A DNA stretch of 33,439 bases from Kiritimatiellia bacterium (GCA_017432385.1 JAFRJH010000202.1:1-33439); one strand, 5' to 3'. Numbered from the stretch's first letter, positions 9,568-20,600 are shown. The notes: generated by a model not told the origin, from the letters alone. Numbers and translations are program-made.

Positions 9568-11694
9568 TCACTTCGCGGCCTTGAGGTCCTTCTCGCGGAG
9601 AAGGCGCCAGGCGTTTTCGCGGACGTCGTCCATGCCATCGCGGAGGTGGCCGCACGGAAGCGGGGAAAGGCGGACGAGATGCGTTGCGTGCCCGGGAACG
9701 GACGCCTCGTACCTGCCGAGGAACACGCCGACGTCCTCCTGCCGCCAGACGTCGCGGACGCGCCACTTGCACATCAGCCCCGCCGCCTCGAGGTCGAACG
9801 GCACGACCTGCTCGCGGTTCGACTTGTTGTAGAGCCCCGCGGCGACGGAGCCGTCGGAGAGCGGACGCGCCCAGACCTCCCATTCCTCCCCCTCGGCGAT
9901 GCAGCCTGCGCCCTTTCCGAGCGGATCCTGGTCGATCTCGATCACCTCGTCGTTCGACAGGAGCGAAAGAGTGAACGGATCGGCCTTCTCGAGGTCGCAG
10001 CCGATGAGCATCGGCGCTGCGAGGAGAGACCAGAGCGAGACATGCGTGTACTGCTCGTTCGGCGCGAGGCGCGAGGGGTTGCCTCCGTTCCAGCAGACGT
10101 TCCCGACGCAGAGCATGTCGGGGTCGTTCCACGCGCCGGGCTCGGTGTAGTAGAACAGCTTCTTCTGCTTCTCGATCGCCGCGGAGACCGAGCTCCACGT
10201 GTCGAAGACGTCGCCAGTCGTCCGCCAGCTCTGCGCACCCACAAGCCGCCCCCACGCGCTCACGTTCTCCATCCCGTACTGGCAGAGCGAGAAGTAGATG
10301 TCGCGTTCCTGGCGAGCGAGCGCACGCCCCATGACGAGGTACGGGTACATCGCGCGGTCGAGTCCCCTGCCGAACGCGACGTCGTCGTAGAAGCACCAGT
10401 CGTGCTTCAGGTAGTCGAACCCCCAGTCGGCGAAGGTCTTCGCGTCGAACTCCTCGTGCTGCCAGCTGCCGGCGGCTCGGCCGCACGTGAACGGACCGGG
10501 GCTGGAGTAGATGCCTGCCTTGAGGCCCTTGGCGTGGATGTAGTCCACAAGCCCCTTCATGTCGGGGAAGCGCCTGTTCGCGGCGATGCGGCCTTCGGCG
10601 TCGCGCAGGGGCCCTTCGAGGTCGGGATCCTCCTTTGCGCGCTCTGGGATGTTCTGCCAGAAGTCGTCGATGTTGACGTACGAGTAGCCGTGGTCCGCAA
10701 GGCCCGTCGCGACGAGCGCGTCCGCCGCCGCGCGCACCTTCGCGTCAGAGACGCTGCCGCCGAATGCGTTCCAGCTGCTCCATCCGAGCGCCGGCGTAAG
10801 GCCTATCTTCTCCCCGACCTTGATCGTCAACGTCTCCTTCGCCGTTCCACTGGAGTTCTCGGCGACAATCGCAACCTGGTATTCGCCTGGGTCCTTGATT
10901 GAGCCGGAGAGGACTTGCGTGGCGGGGTCGAACGACAGGTCCACTGGACGGCGTGCGCGGCCTGTCCGCCCAGCCGATGCAGCATCGAGGCCATCGCCCA
11001 ACGTTTCGACTTCCAGCCTCGAGCTTTGGACTTTCAGCCTCATCGGCCTCAGGCCGGTGACCGGGACGCGGTAGAGGATCGGCTTCCCGGGCCTGACGCC
11101 GTAGACGCGCGGGCCGTTCACGCGCGGCGATTCCGCCGCGGGCGGCGTGAGGATGCCAAGCTGGCGCGAAGTCCGCCTGACGTCGTTCGGAAGCATCGCG
11201 CCGTCGCGGTACGTGACATGGGCTTCGCCCCACACGGCGAACACGCCCTCTCCGGTTCCATCGACCGGGTCGACCGCGAGCGTCATCGCCTTTACGCCCG
11301 CAACGTCCACCTTCGCCTTGACCTCCTCCTTGTCGCCGAATGCCGTTGGCGGCGAAGTCCAGAGCTCCTTTCCGTCGCCCAGGACGCGCAGCACGACGGC
11401 GCCCTTCGCGCCGGAGCTGTCTACGCCGCAGGACGCCCCGAACTCGAGCGCGTCGCCGCCAAGCGGAATCTCCACGGCGAACGCCGCAGGCGTCCGGAGT
11501 CCGAAGAAATGCTTGTGAGCGCAGGTCGTGAAGCGCTTCTCTATGGCCGCGCAGGCAACCTCGACCTCGCCACTTCCGCGCACGACCTTAGAGACGTCGA
11601 ACTGCTCGCAGGGTATCTGCTGCTCAGCCCGGGCCGCAGTCCCGGCAAGCATGGCGCAAAAAAGACATGGAAACAACAACGCACTGTATTTCAT
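9568..11694 (-). CDS. GH27 alpha-galactosidase with N-terminal NPCBM/NEW2 and Ig-like domains
   Basis: Signal peptide; NPCBM-like GVD...VLGDGKELWTS; TPALGWSSWN, YVNIDDFW, FPDMKGLVDYIHAKGLKAGIYSSPG, DYLKHDWC, SWRTTGD, WNDPDML, EIDQDPLG; RBS AAGGAG. Confidence 0.92.
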   Translation of the reverse strand: MKYSALLFPCLFCAMLAGTAARAEQQIPCEQFDVSKVVRGSGEVEVACAAIEKRFTTCAHKHFFGLRTPAAFAVEIPLGGDALEFGASCGVDSSGAKGAVVLRVLGDGKELWTSPPTAFGDKEEVKAKVDVAGVKAMTLAVDPVDGTGEGVFAVWGEAHVTYRDGAMLPNDVRRTSRQLGILTPPAAESPRVNGPRVYGVRPGKPILYRVPVTGLRPMRLKVQSSRLEVETLGDGLDAASAGRTGRARRPVDLSFDPATQVLSGSIKDPGEYQVAIVAENSSGTAKETLTIKVGEKIGLTPALGWSSWNAFGGSVSDAKVRAAADALVATGLADHGYSYVNIDDFWQNIPERAKEDPDLEGPLRDAEGRIAANRRFPDMKGLVDYIHAKGLKAGIYSSPGPFTCGRAAGSWQHEEFDAKTFADWGFDYLKHDWCFYDDVAFGRGLDRAMYPYLVMGRALARQERDIYFSLCQYGMENVSAWGRLVGAQSWRTTGDVFDTWSSVSAAIEKQKKLFYYTEPGAWNDPDMLCVGNVCWNGGNPSRLAPNEQYTHVSLWSLLAAPMLIGCDLEKADPFTLSLLSNDEVIEIDQDPLGKGAGCIAEGEEWEVWARPLSDGSVAAGLYNKSNREQVVPFDLEAAGLMCKWRVRDVWRQEDVGVFLGRYEASVPGHATHLVRLSPLPCGHLRDGMDDVRENAWRLLREKDLKAAK

Positions 11695-11758
11695 CGCAAT
11701 CGCTCCTTCACTGAACGGCTACGCTGACGCCGTATTCCGTGGATCCGCCAAACCCGCG

Positions 11759-13657
11759 CTATCGTGCAACCGCCCGCAGCGACAGCGCAAGTTCCTCGCC
11801 AGGCTTCAGCTCGACGTACAGGTGTTCCGCCATGAGTCCGGCAATCGTCGTGAACGAACGGTCGCCGCGCTCCGTGCGGCGCACCTCGAGCGGGGCGGAA
11901 GACGTCACCACGAACCGCCGCCCTTCGCGGCTGACCGCCGCGCTGTTTCCGGCGACGTCGATCTCCGTGTCGTCTCCGCCGACGACAGGCAGGTAGTAGC
12001 GGCATGCGGCGGCGGCTTTCGCGCGCACCGAAACGCCCGTTTCGTCAAGCGCGTAGTCCAGGGCGAAAGCCGCACCCTTCTCGCCCTTCAACGACGTCAG
12101 CACCCCCTCGGCGCGATATGAGTAGACTCCGTTGTCCAGGCCCGACTTCACCTTGACGTCGAAGTCCTGCACGCTCGAAAAGCCGTCAGCCGTCTCCAGC
12201 CGCGGCGTCGTGGAGAGGATTTTCCGTTCGCGGCGCGTCTCCTGCTGGTTCGTCGGCTCGGCATGGAAGAAATCAGCCTGCGTCGCCGCGAGGAGCAGCC
12301 CCGCCCTCTCGTGCCAGAGCAGGGTGGGCGACCCTCCGCCGACGGAAAGCCTACGCGCAACGCCGGGGTAAATGTACGCGTCCGACGCGGAAAACGTCGC
12401 GCGCCAGGGCCCGACGGACGCCAGCTCAACGTCCATGCACGGATGCCGCGCCACGCGGTTGGAAAGTTCCCGCGGCATCGGCCCGTCGCCTGCGGATTCT
12501 GACGCGTCCCGGGCCATCACGACGTACTCGGCAAGCGCCTTTGCGTGGGTGAACGTCTGGTGCAGGCATGCCGGCTCCCCCGCGTCGCGGTAGTAGAGCC
12601 CGCCGTAGAGGAGTCCGTCGTCGCCAGTCATCCGTGCATGCAGTCCGACAACTCTTTCGGCCGCGCGGCGCGCCCACCCGACGCCTCGCTTCTCGAGCCT
12701 GGCGAGGAGAGGGAGGACGCCGTCAGCGGTGCGCGAGCCCGAATACGACCACTTGTACGCGCGCGAGCCCGCGCTGTTGTCGATTCCGCCGTCGGGAAGC
12801 ATGAACTCGAGATGCACCTTGGCCGATTCGACGACTGCGGACGCGAATTCCTCGTCCTCCAGCTCCTCGGCCGCCGCCAGCATCGCAGGAAGCGCCTCCT
12901 CGAGGTTGTATGCGATGTCCACGCCGGCACGCCCGCGCGCAGGCGTGCGCAGCTCCATCGGAACGCATTCGCCCATAAGCAGGCCGTCCGGCGAAATGAG
13001 CGGCTTGATCCTGCCCATGGCCTTCAGCGCCTCCTCGACGTACTTCGGCTCGTCCAGCCTATGGCCGGCCTCGGCCATCGCCTCGGCGTAGCTGCAGAGG
13101 TAGTTGACTCCTACCCTTTCGTACGTCTGCCGCTCCTGGAATCGGTCAAACAGCCACTTCGTCTGCCTCAGGTAGATGGCCTCGAGCTGCGAGCGGAATT
13201 CCCCGGGAAGCTTTTCGCCGAACTGCCGGAGAGTGCGCCCTATCGCCAACTGGCTGAACACGGTGATGAAGTTCCACGGCGTCATGTAGTCGTTCTGGTA
13301 CGACCCGTCGCCGCAGAGCATGTTTGCCTCGCACCACGCGATTGACTTGCGCGCAGCCTTGAGATATTTCCCGTCGCCGGTCCTGTCCCACTGCACGACG
13401 AACGGATACACGGCGTCGCCGATGCGTCCGTGAAGGCGCCCGCACGCGGAGCACGCCATCGCGCCGTCGAGCCCGCGGTCGTGCGGGAAGTCAAGCTGAT
13501 GCGCCATCATTCCGTCGCACCACCGCGCAAGCAGCCGCGCGGGCTCCTTGCAGCTGACGCGAACCGCCTTCGACGCATCGGCCTTCCCGCCGTCGGCCTG
13601 CTGCCCGGCGAATGCCGTACCCGCGGCGACAAGCGCCAACGTCAGCCATGTCTTCAT
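11759..13657 (-). CDS. Secreted uncharacterised protein, probable (alpha/alpha)-toroid plus beta-sandwich (lyase/hydrolase-like)
   Basis: Start ATG 13657 (MKTWLTLALVAAGTAFA). Helical-repeat pattern RTGDGKYLKAA, DEPKYVEEA; CSACGRLHGRIGDAVYPF, YNLEEALP, FMLPDGGIDNS, CLHQTFTHAKALA; beta-rich C-terminus. Confidence 0.6.
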   Translation of the reverse strand: MKTWLTLALVAAGTAFAGQQADGGKADASKAVRVSCKEPARLLARWCDGMMAHQLDFPHDRGLDGAMACSACGRLHGRIGDAVYPFVVQWDRTGDGKYLKAARKSIAWCEANMLCGDGSYQNDYMTPWNFITVFSQLAIGRTLRQFGEKLPGEFRSQLEAIYLRQTKWLFDRFQERQTYERVGVNYLCSYAEAMAEAGHRLDEPKYVEEALKAMGRIKPLISPDGLLMGECVPMELRTPARGRAGVDIAYNLEEALPAMLAAAEELEDEEFASAVVESAKVHLEFMLPDGGIDNSAGSRAYKWSYSGSRTADGVLPLLARLEKRGVGWARRAAERVVGLHARMTGDDGLLYGGLYYRDAGEPACLHQTFTHAKALAEYVVMARDASESAGDGPMPRELSNRVARHPCMDVELASVGPWRATFSASDAYIYPGVARRLSVGGGSPTLLWHERAGLLLAATQADFFHAEPTNQQETRRERKILSTTPRLETADGFSSVQDFDVKVKSGLDNGVYSYRAEGVLTSLKGEKGAAFALDYALDETGVSVRAKAAAACRYYLPVVGGDDTEIDVAGNSAAVSREGRRFVVTSSAPLEVRRTERGDRSFTTIAGLMAEHLYVELKPGEELALSLRAVAR

Positions 13658-13662
13658 CCCGT

Positions 13663-16600
13663 TCACTCCACTACGATCCGATAGAAGCAGCTCGTCTCAT
13701 CCACCGCCTTGGGAACCTCAAGCACCAGCGCCCCGTCCGCCGCCGCGAGCTCGTCAAGGTAGACGACCGGAGCATCATCGAGACCGGCGAGCGTCGCCGA
13801 CTTCTTGTAGCCATACCTTCGCCCCGAAGCGGCGTTGCCGATTGTTATCGACACCTTGCCGGCCCCTACAACGATCGGGTGTTCAACCCCTTCTCCGCCG
13901 ATTACCGGCGCCTCGGGTTCGGGCGTCTGGCCGCCCGTTCCGTCGTCCGGGAGCCCCGTCAGCTTCAGCGCGCAGATGCAACTGACGGTCGTGGCGGTCA
14001 CCGTTATGCCGAAGGCGGTCTTCGACGTCGAGGCGCCTCCGTCAGAGACGAGATAAACGGCACGCGACCCGTCGCTCAGCTTCGGACCAAGCGCAATCCC
14101 CTCGTACACGATCAGCTCGTACGGGCCGAACACGCTGCTTGGGCTCGACCCCGTGAACTCCAGAAAGCACTCCCCCTTGCCCACCGCCGAGAACGTCGCG
14201 TTCGTCAGCGCCGGGACGGCAGACACCTCGGTTGCCGCGGCAAATGCGCCCGTCGTAAGGCGGTAGATGCGGCAACGGCCGCACGTCGTCGTGCTGACTT
14301 CGCGTTCAAGGGCGAGGAGCGAACCGTCGGGGAGCGCGCAGAGCCCCGAGAGCCCGCTCTGCGCGGAAGTCGTACCGGCGCAGGAATCGCAGGTGTACGC
14401 CCACTCGCCCGCCGCCGTCCAGGCGTCCTGCGCCGCCGCGCGCACGAAGCGCGTCAGACGAACGACGGTGGCGACGTTCGTGTTGCCGCTCGACGACTCG
14501 CCGTCGCATGTAAGCGCCTGCTCGTTGGCGGTCCACATGGCGAGTCCGTCGGGGGAGATCGTCAACGCCTCGAGCGAAAGGTTGGAGCGGACCTTGTCGC
14601 GCTGGACCGATGGAACCGGCGCCGTGCGGCCAGTCGCGGAACCATCAAGGGCGAACTCGGAGATGGACGGCGGCGTCCATTCGGAGCTCACCCACAATGT
14701 GCCGGAGAGCGGATCACGCGCAAGCCCCTCGGCGTCGCGAAGTCCCCCTGGCGCAACCGCCGCGCCAAGCTCATGGCTCTCGATTGCGCCTGTCGCCGTA
14801 TTGATGCCAAGCGTCAACGGATAGATCTTCGAATCTCCGCCGTTGTCGTCATGGTCCTGCAAAACGTAGAACAAGCCGCCCTCGCCAGAATAAGCGATGC
14901 CGCCGCAGCCGTTTGCCCCGAAGGGATATTCCGCGATCTTCGCGAGAGACAGCATGTTGGTGGTGTCCGGTCCGGGGACGATCGGCTCGACAGGACCAGG
15001 CTCGTCGCCACCTGAACCGCCTCCAGAGCTCTCGCCAAGGTCGCGCACCTGGATGGCGGCGACGTAGCGCGCGGCGCCCGATCCGCCCATCTTGAACGTG
15101 ACGACGTGCGATGCGGCTTCCGCCGTGAACGAACCATAGACCGTCGCGCCGGACGAGCCGTTCCCGTTCTGGATGCTGACGGCTGGGAGATCTCCGATCG
15201 TAATGGATGGGTTGCCGAACGAGTTACGCGCCAGTATCTGCAGGAGATACGCGTGACCCGTCGTCAATCCCGAAAGCGTCAAATGGATTTCGCCCATCCC
15301 GGTGTCCACGCCGAAGTTCCAGGCCGTGCCAAGAAGCGAACTACTACCGGCATTCTCGTCCGCATTATTGAATGTCGGATTGAACGAGATGTTCGCGGAC
15401 GAAAGATCGGCACCTGCCTGAAACGTAACGCCGCCCAGAGTCCGCTCCGTCGAAGCGCCGCGATATGCATAGAGAAGCGTGCCGTCGGTCCTGAGCATCG
15501 TCTCGTCCGACGCAGGCAATGCCGCAACGGTCCAGGGGATCTGCGGCACTGGGCCGGGCTCGTCTCCGCCACCGCCGCCGCTGGTCGCCTGTACGACAGG
15601 ATAGTCGGCGTCGGCGAACGTCTTGTCGCCCGAGAGTGTGAAGACAACCGGGTTGCCGCTCAAGATCTCGTAGCCATCGGCCGCGGCAAAATTAACAGTT
15701 ACCTGCGTATTCGAGACAATCGTGTAGCTGCCCGCAACAGCCGCGACCGCGACGCCGTTCGTCGTCACCGACTGAAGAACAATCCCCGTCTTCGCGGGGA
15801 TTGTCAGCGAACATGTCGGCACAGGATCGGGATCGACGGGACCGGGCTCACCTCCGCCGCCCGATTCTCCGTCGGGGAGCTCGCGGACCTGTATGCCGTT
15901 GAGGGGGATTTTGCCGTCGACGTTGGAGAACGTAACCGTAACTTCCTTCGTGTTCCCCATGGCCGTGAAGGTCCCGGTAATGAGCGCGCCATACTTCCCG
16001 CTCGCCTCGTTCTCGCCATGGATATGCACTGGACTGCATCCGTTCACCGAAACGGTCATCTTGTTGTTCCAGTAGTTGTGCGAGAGGAACTGCACGAGAT
16101 AGTTTTTCCCGCCCGCGAGGCCTGAAAGCGTCAGCTTGAACGTGCGCACGCTCGAGCCGTTGTTGTTCCAGTACCAGCCGTTGCTAAGCATGACTCCAAA
16201 GTCGCCGCCGACTTCTTCGTTCATAAGTTCGCTGGTGAAGCTGTCGATGTTTGGCGCAAAGGCAACCTCCAAGGAACTGCCCTGGAGATTTACGTCACGC
16301 TCGAATTTGATTCCGTTGACCGTTCCGCCGTGGCTGGAATAGGCATAGAGAAGCGTGCCATCGGTACGGAAGGAACTGCCGGATGCATCCATCGGAGCCG
16401 AGGTCCAGACGTCGGAGGCAGCGGACGTGTTGACGTAGAAGACGACGGACTTCGTCTTCGTCCGCCCCTTGTCCGTAGTCATCGTCACCTCGCAGGTGTG
16501 GTTGCCGTCCGCAAGACCTTCAAGCGTGAACGAGCTGTCCGTCGTCTGGTCGGTTAGCGCCGTCACGGCGGAGGATGCGCCGTCGAGCTTGTAGGCGACG

Positions 16601-17529
16601 GAATACTTGGTCGCGGGGACCGAATTGGCGTCCGTGCCCAAGACCACGCCCGCGAGCGAGATCGTCGCGTTCGAACCGCTCGGCGCCGCGGTGAGCTCCG
16701 TGATGCGCGGATACTTCGGACGGTTGTTCGTCGCGCGGTTCTGCGCGAACAGCCAGACGAAGCGGTGGTTCGGCGCGCCCGCCGTGACGTCGTCGGTCCG
16801 GGAATAGCACGTCGTCCAGGCGTCGTGGGTGTTGTTCTCGAGCTTCTCGAAGATCACGTCCGACCCGAGCGCCCTGAGCGCCGTGACGATGCCCTCGGTC
16901 TGCTCGCATGGAATGGTCGGGTCGCCGCGGTTGTGGACGGCCAGGACCGGGACGTGCGCGATGTCGGCCGCGCAGGCGGGATCGCCGCCGCCGCAGCACG
17001 GCATCGCCGCGGCGAAGAAGTCGGGACGGCGGCAGATCGCGTCCCAGGTCCCGTGCCCGCCCATGGAGAGTCCGGTGACGTAGATGCGGTTGGCGTCGAC
17101 ATCCGCCATCGCGGCATAGGAGTCGAGGAGATCGAAAACAGCCACGAGAGCCGAGGACGGCTTGTCCACGAACGTGCAGGTTGTAGAATTCATGGAGAAA
17201 TCCGCCCACTTGACGTCGTTCGGACACTGCGGGACGAGAAGCTTGTAGCCGCTGGGAGCGCCCGCACCGTCGAGATAGCTCTTGATGTTCGTCATCTCGT
17301 TGATCGTGAACGAATTGTCGACGCCGCACTGACCGTATCCGTGAAGGAAGACGACTACCGGAACCTTGCCGCCATTCGGATCGGCCTTCGCCGCGACGCG
17401 GTAGGGAAGCTGCAGCTTGTTGGACGCAATGAACGTCTGTTTGACGAATTCGCCTTCGGCAGCAGCTGCGCCCATGTATCCGAGCGCAACGGAAACCGCC
17501 AGAACGAGACTCTTCTTGACCTTATTCAT
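13663..17529 (-). CDS. Secreted mosaic: alpha/beta-hydrolase esterase, Ig/FN3-like module F, module A, module B, module A, esterase-like-phytase beta-propeller, C-terminal domain
   Basis: Start ATG 17529 (MNKVKKSLVLAV, RBS GGAG). VFLHGYG, RIYVTGLSMGGHGTW (GxSxG), HNRGDPTIP, HDAW (complete triad). Phytase-like DAEGL, NLSLEALT, LLALERE, YEGIALGPKLSDG..LVSDG. Ends CFYRIVVE. Confidence 0.85.
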   Translation of the reverse strand: MNKVKKSLVLAVSVALGYMGAAAAEGEFVKQTFIASNKLQLPYRVAAKADPNGGKVPVVVFLHGYGQCGVDNSFTINEMTNIKSYLDGAGAPSGYKLLVPQCPNDVKWADFSMNSTTCTFVDKPSSALVAVFDLLDSYAAMADVDANRIYVTGLSMGGHGTWDAICRRPDFFAAAMPCCGGGDPACAADIAHVPVLAVHNRGDPTIPCEQTEGIVTALRALGSDVIFEKLENNTHDAWTTCYSRTDDVTAGAPNHRFVWLFAQNRATNNRPKYPRITELTAAPSGSNATISLAGVVLGTDANSVPATKYSVAYKLDGASSAVTALTDQTTDSSFTLEGLADGNHTCEVTMTTDKGRTKTKSVVFYVNTSAASDVWTSAPMDASGSSFRTDGTLLYAYSSHGGTVNGIKFERDVNLQGSSLEVAFAPNIDSFTSELMNEEVGGDFGVMLSNGWYWNNNGSSVRTFKLTLSGLAGGKNYLVQFLSHNYWNNKMTVSVNGCSPVHIHGENEASGKYGALITGTFTAMGNTKEVTVTFSNVDGKIPLNGIQVRELPDGESGGGGEPGPVDPDPVPTCSLTIPAKTGIVLQSVTTNGVAVAAVAGSYTIVSNTQVTVNFAAADGYEILSGNPVVFTLSGDKTFADADYPVVQATSGGGGGDEPGPVPQIPWTVAALPASDETMLRTDGTLLYAYRGASTERTLGGVTFQAGADLSSANISFNPTFNNADENAGSSSLLGTAWNFGVDTGMGEIHLTLSGLTTGHAYLLQILARNSFGNPSITIGDLPAVSIQNGNGSSGATVYGSFTAEAASHVVTFKMGGSGAARYVAAIQVRDLGESSGGGSGGDEPGPVEPIVPGPDTTNMLSLAKIAEYPFGANGCGGIAYSGEGGLFYVLQDHDDNGGDSKIYPLTLGINTATGAIESHELGAAVAPGGLRDAEGLARDPLSGTLWVSSEWTPPSISEFALDGSATGRTAPVPSVQRDKVRSNLSLEALTISPDGLAMWTANEQALTCDGESSSGNTNVATVVRLTRFVRAAAQDAWTAAGEWAYTCDSCAGTTSAQSGLSGLCALPDGSLLALEREVSTTTCGRCRIYRLTTGAFAAATEVSAVPALTNATFSAVGKGECFLEFTGSSPSSVFGPYELIVYEGIALGPKLSDGSRAVYLVSDGGASTSKTAFGITVTATTVSCICALKLTGLPDDGTGGQTPEPEAPVIGGEGVEHPIVVGAGKVSITIGNAASGRRYGYKKSATLAGLDDAPVVYLDELAAADGALVLEVPKAVDETSCFYRIVVE

Positions 17530-17560
17530 GGGCACTCCACAGGTTTGTGTTTACGCCCAC

Positions 17561-17606
17561 ATTATAAGCCAAACCACGCCCCTCCGCAATCCCTACAAAA
17601 GTAGGG
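17561..17606 (-). promoter_or_regulatory. Palindromic operator plus promoter P4
   Basis: CCCTAC-AAAA-GTAGGG at 17591-17606; TTGCGG (17589-17584), 17 nt, TATAAT (17566-17561). Confidence 0.85.
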
Positions 17607-17621
17607 GTGCCGACCTCGCCG

Positions 17622-20600
17622 CTATTCCACCACGATCTGGTAGAAGCAGCTCGGCTCGTTCGCGGCCTTCGGAATCTCGAGCGTCAGGATACCGTCTGCC
17701 GCAGCGGGATTCGCGAAGTACACGACCGTCGCATCCTTGAGGCCGGCGAGCGTCGTCGACTTCCTGTAGCCATAGGTGTGCCCTGACGCGGCGTTGCTGA
17801 TCGTGATCGACACCTTGTCGGATCCGACTACGATCGGACTTGCAACCCCTTCCCCGCCGATCACGGGCGCATCGGGTGCCGCGGCCTCGACAAAGACCGC
17901 CGTCCAGTCGTCCGTCGAATCCGCAAGCGGCGTCTCGTTGTCGAAGCGCGTCGCCTGGAGGGCGTAGCCGCCTTCGTCCGTCCGCGCATCGCACAACCCG
18001 AAGGTCAACTCGCCGAGCTGCACGACGGCACCCGTCTTGTCGATGATCTTGATGGCGATGCTACCGTTCGTGATCTTGGTCCATCCGACGTTCGCATAGT
18101 CTGCCTGGTCGAGGCGGAGGGATCCGTAGGCCGAAAGATCAACGTCGCCGAGGACAATTTTGCACTTGGGCACACTGCCTGCCTTGCCGCAGGAGATTTC
18201 GACGCCTTCGAGATTAACTGCGCTTGCGGAGACGTTCGTGATGACGATGAACTCGCCAAGGTCGCCGCCTCCGTTGAGCGTTGATCCGTAGATCGTGTGG
18301 AAGCGGAGATTCGCCTGGTCGGAATCGCCGATGTCGGGCTCCGTCGTAAGGACCTGCGTCGTGCCGTCGGGCGCGAAGATCTGCAGGACGGCCGTGTCGG
18401 AGAATGTCGCGTTGCCGACGATCACCTGGTCCGTGAGCGCATCCGAGTGTGCGGCTACGTAGGCGCGACGATCCGCTACGACGTAGATCGCGTCCTGTGC
18501 GTCGCAGACGGTGCCGGCGGGAAGCGTCCACTCGACCGCAGTCTTGAGCGTCCATCCGCTCATGTCGACGACCTCGTTGTTCCCGTTGGAAATCACGACC
18601 ACGCCGTCGGCGAGCCCCGAGAGGTCGACCGTGATGTTCGGCGCAAGCGTCTCAATCGGGCTCTGCGCCTCGGGGATGCCGGCGTTGAGGCGCGAGCCGT
18701 AGCCGACCGCCTTCGCCGTGTTCGTCACGGAGTGCGTCACATAGAGGTGCTCGCGGCGCGGAACGACGTAGTTGTTCCAGATGTCGTCGACACCGGCGGA
18801 GATCGTGGCGGGGCGCGACGAAGACGGCCAGACGTCGATGGCCTGCGCGGAGGAGTCGATCGGCCACTTCGCCGAATCGGCTGCGGCGTCAGCCGACATG
18901 AGCGCGACCATCTCGCGCATCTTCGCCATGACGGGCGTGTCCGACTCGGCAGTGCCGGGCTCCTTGAGCTCCTGGTCCATCAGCGTCCTGAGGCGGCGCA
19001 GGAACAGGCGGCGGAACTTCGTGGACTGGAGGACCGACTCGATGCCGTAGTTACTGTAGTCCCTTCCGGCCGCAGCGGCCATCGTGGTCGTCATAGCCGA
19101 GGAGGTGTAGCACTGGATGCGGTGTCCGCCATAGAGCGGATGCGACTTGAACCAGTCGTCCGTCGAAGAGATGCCGTTCTGCCCGAGCCCGGCGTCCCTG
19201 TAGAACTGCCCGAAGGTCTCGTTGAAGTCGTAGCCGAGTGGCATCCAGGTGCCGGTGCCGCGCGCCCCCTCCTTCATCTCCGGGTTATCGTAGTAGACGC
19301 AGATGTTGGCCCACACGTCGTCCATCTCCTGCGTGATGCGCGCGGAGGCGAGGTAGTTGAGCCACGCCGGAAGGTCGAACTTCTGGACGACGAACTTCGT
19401 GAGCGGGGCGTTGTCGAGTCCAGTCGGATCGGTCTCTTCGGAGGAGAGCGCCGCCGCCGTGGATCCGCTGACGTTCTGCACGCCGAGCTCGTAGATGGGC
19501 CCGCGCAGCTCGTTCTGGAGGACGGTGATGTTGGACTCGTCCTCGTCATCCGGCGTCTTCTTCTCGATGTCGCCCGCAAGGGTTCCGGAGCCGCTCTTCA
19601 TCGTGCCGACGTTCTTGTAGCCGTAGCCGTACTTGTCTAGCCCGTACACGTCCTCGATCAGCTCGTCGGTGAAGCGCTCGGTGTTGAACGCGAGCTGGTA
19701 GAACTGCCCGTTGAGGTTGCAGCGCACCGGGAAGTGGAACGGCGCGTTGTTGCCCATCCTGCGCCAGAGCCAGAACGCCATCATCTGGCGCAGCTTGCTC
19801 GGGTCGGCGTACTCGCTCGTGAGCGAGGTCTTGCGGATGCCGTCGATCGTCTCGCCCGTGACGACGTCGGTCATCGTGAGAGGGTGCGCCTTGGCGAACC
19901 TGAGGCCGTGGCTCTTCTTGGTGAAGTTTGCCGATGTGTTTCCGCGCAGGTCGATGCGGACGTAGTCGTAGTAGTTGGACGTGGAGGCGTCGTAGATCGC
20001 GACGCGTGCGCCGTTCGCCAGCGTGTAGTGCTGCTTGTCGTCCTTGTCGTAGTCCATCTGCGCCACGGACTGCGGGTCCGCGAACATGTGCCAGGTCGGG
20101 AGATGCTCGCTCACGAGGTCCGCGCCTGGCTCGATGATCGTGCCGTACCATTCGTAGCCGTCGTCCTTGTTGTTGAAGCTCGGGCTCGTCCATTCCACGC
20201 CCTCTCCGTCAGTGACAAGCACCTTCCACTGCCTCAGGTGCCCCGCCGCGGGGAAGTAGGACGCGGGAATCGTCGCCGTGTAGCGCGCGCCCCAGTTCTT
20301 GTCGCTCGCGTCGAGAGTCGACATGTCGACGGCGTTCGTGACGAGCGTCGCGTCGTCGAGGTCCTTGCGGTAGACGAACTTGATGGACGCGATCGCGTCG
20401 GCCGCGCGCGGCGCGGACGAGCCGTCGGGGTTCATCACGGGGTTGATCGGCAGCACGACGGCGTAGTCGGTCCCAGGAACGGCCGGCGGCACAGGGGCGG
20501 CGAACTCGCTTGCAAGGTCCGTCTTCTTTTTGTCCGCCTTCTCGTAGACCGGGCCCACGTTCGGGCCGATGCGCCTAAGTCCCGTCGTGTCGGAATTCGC

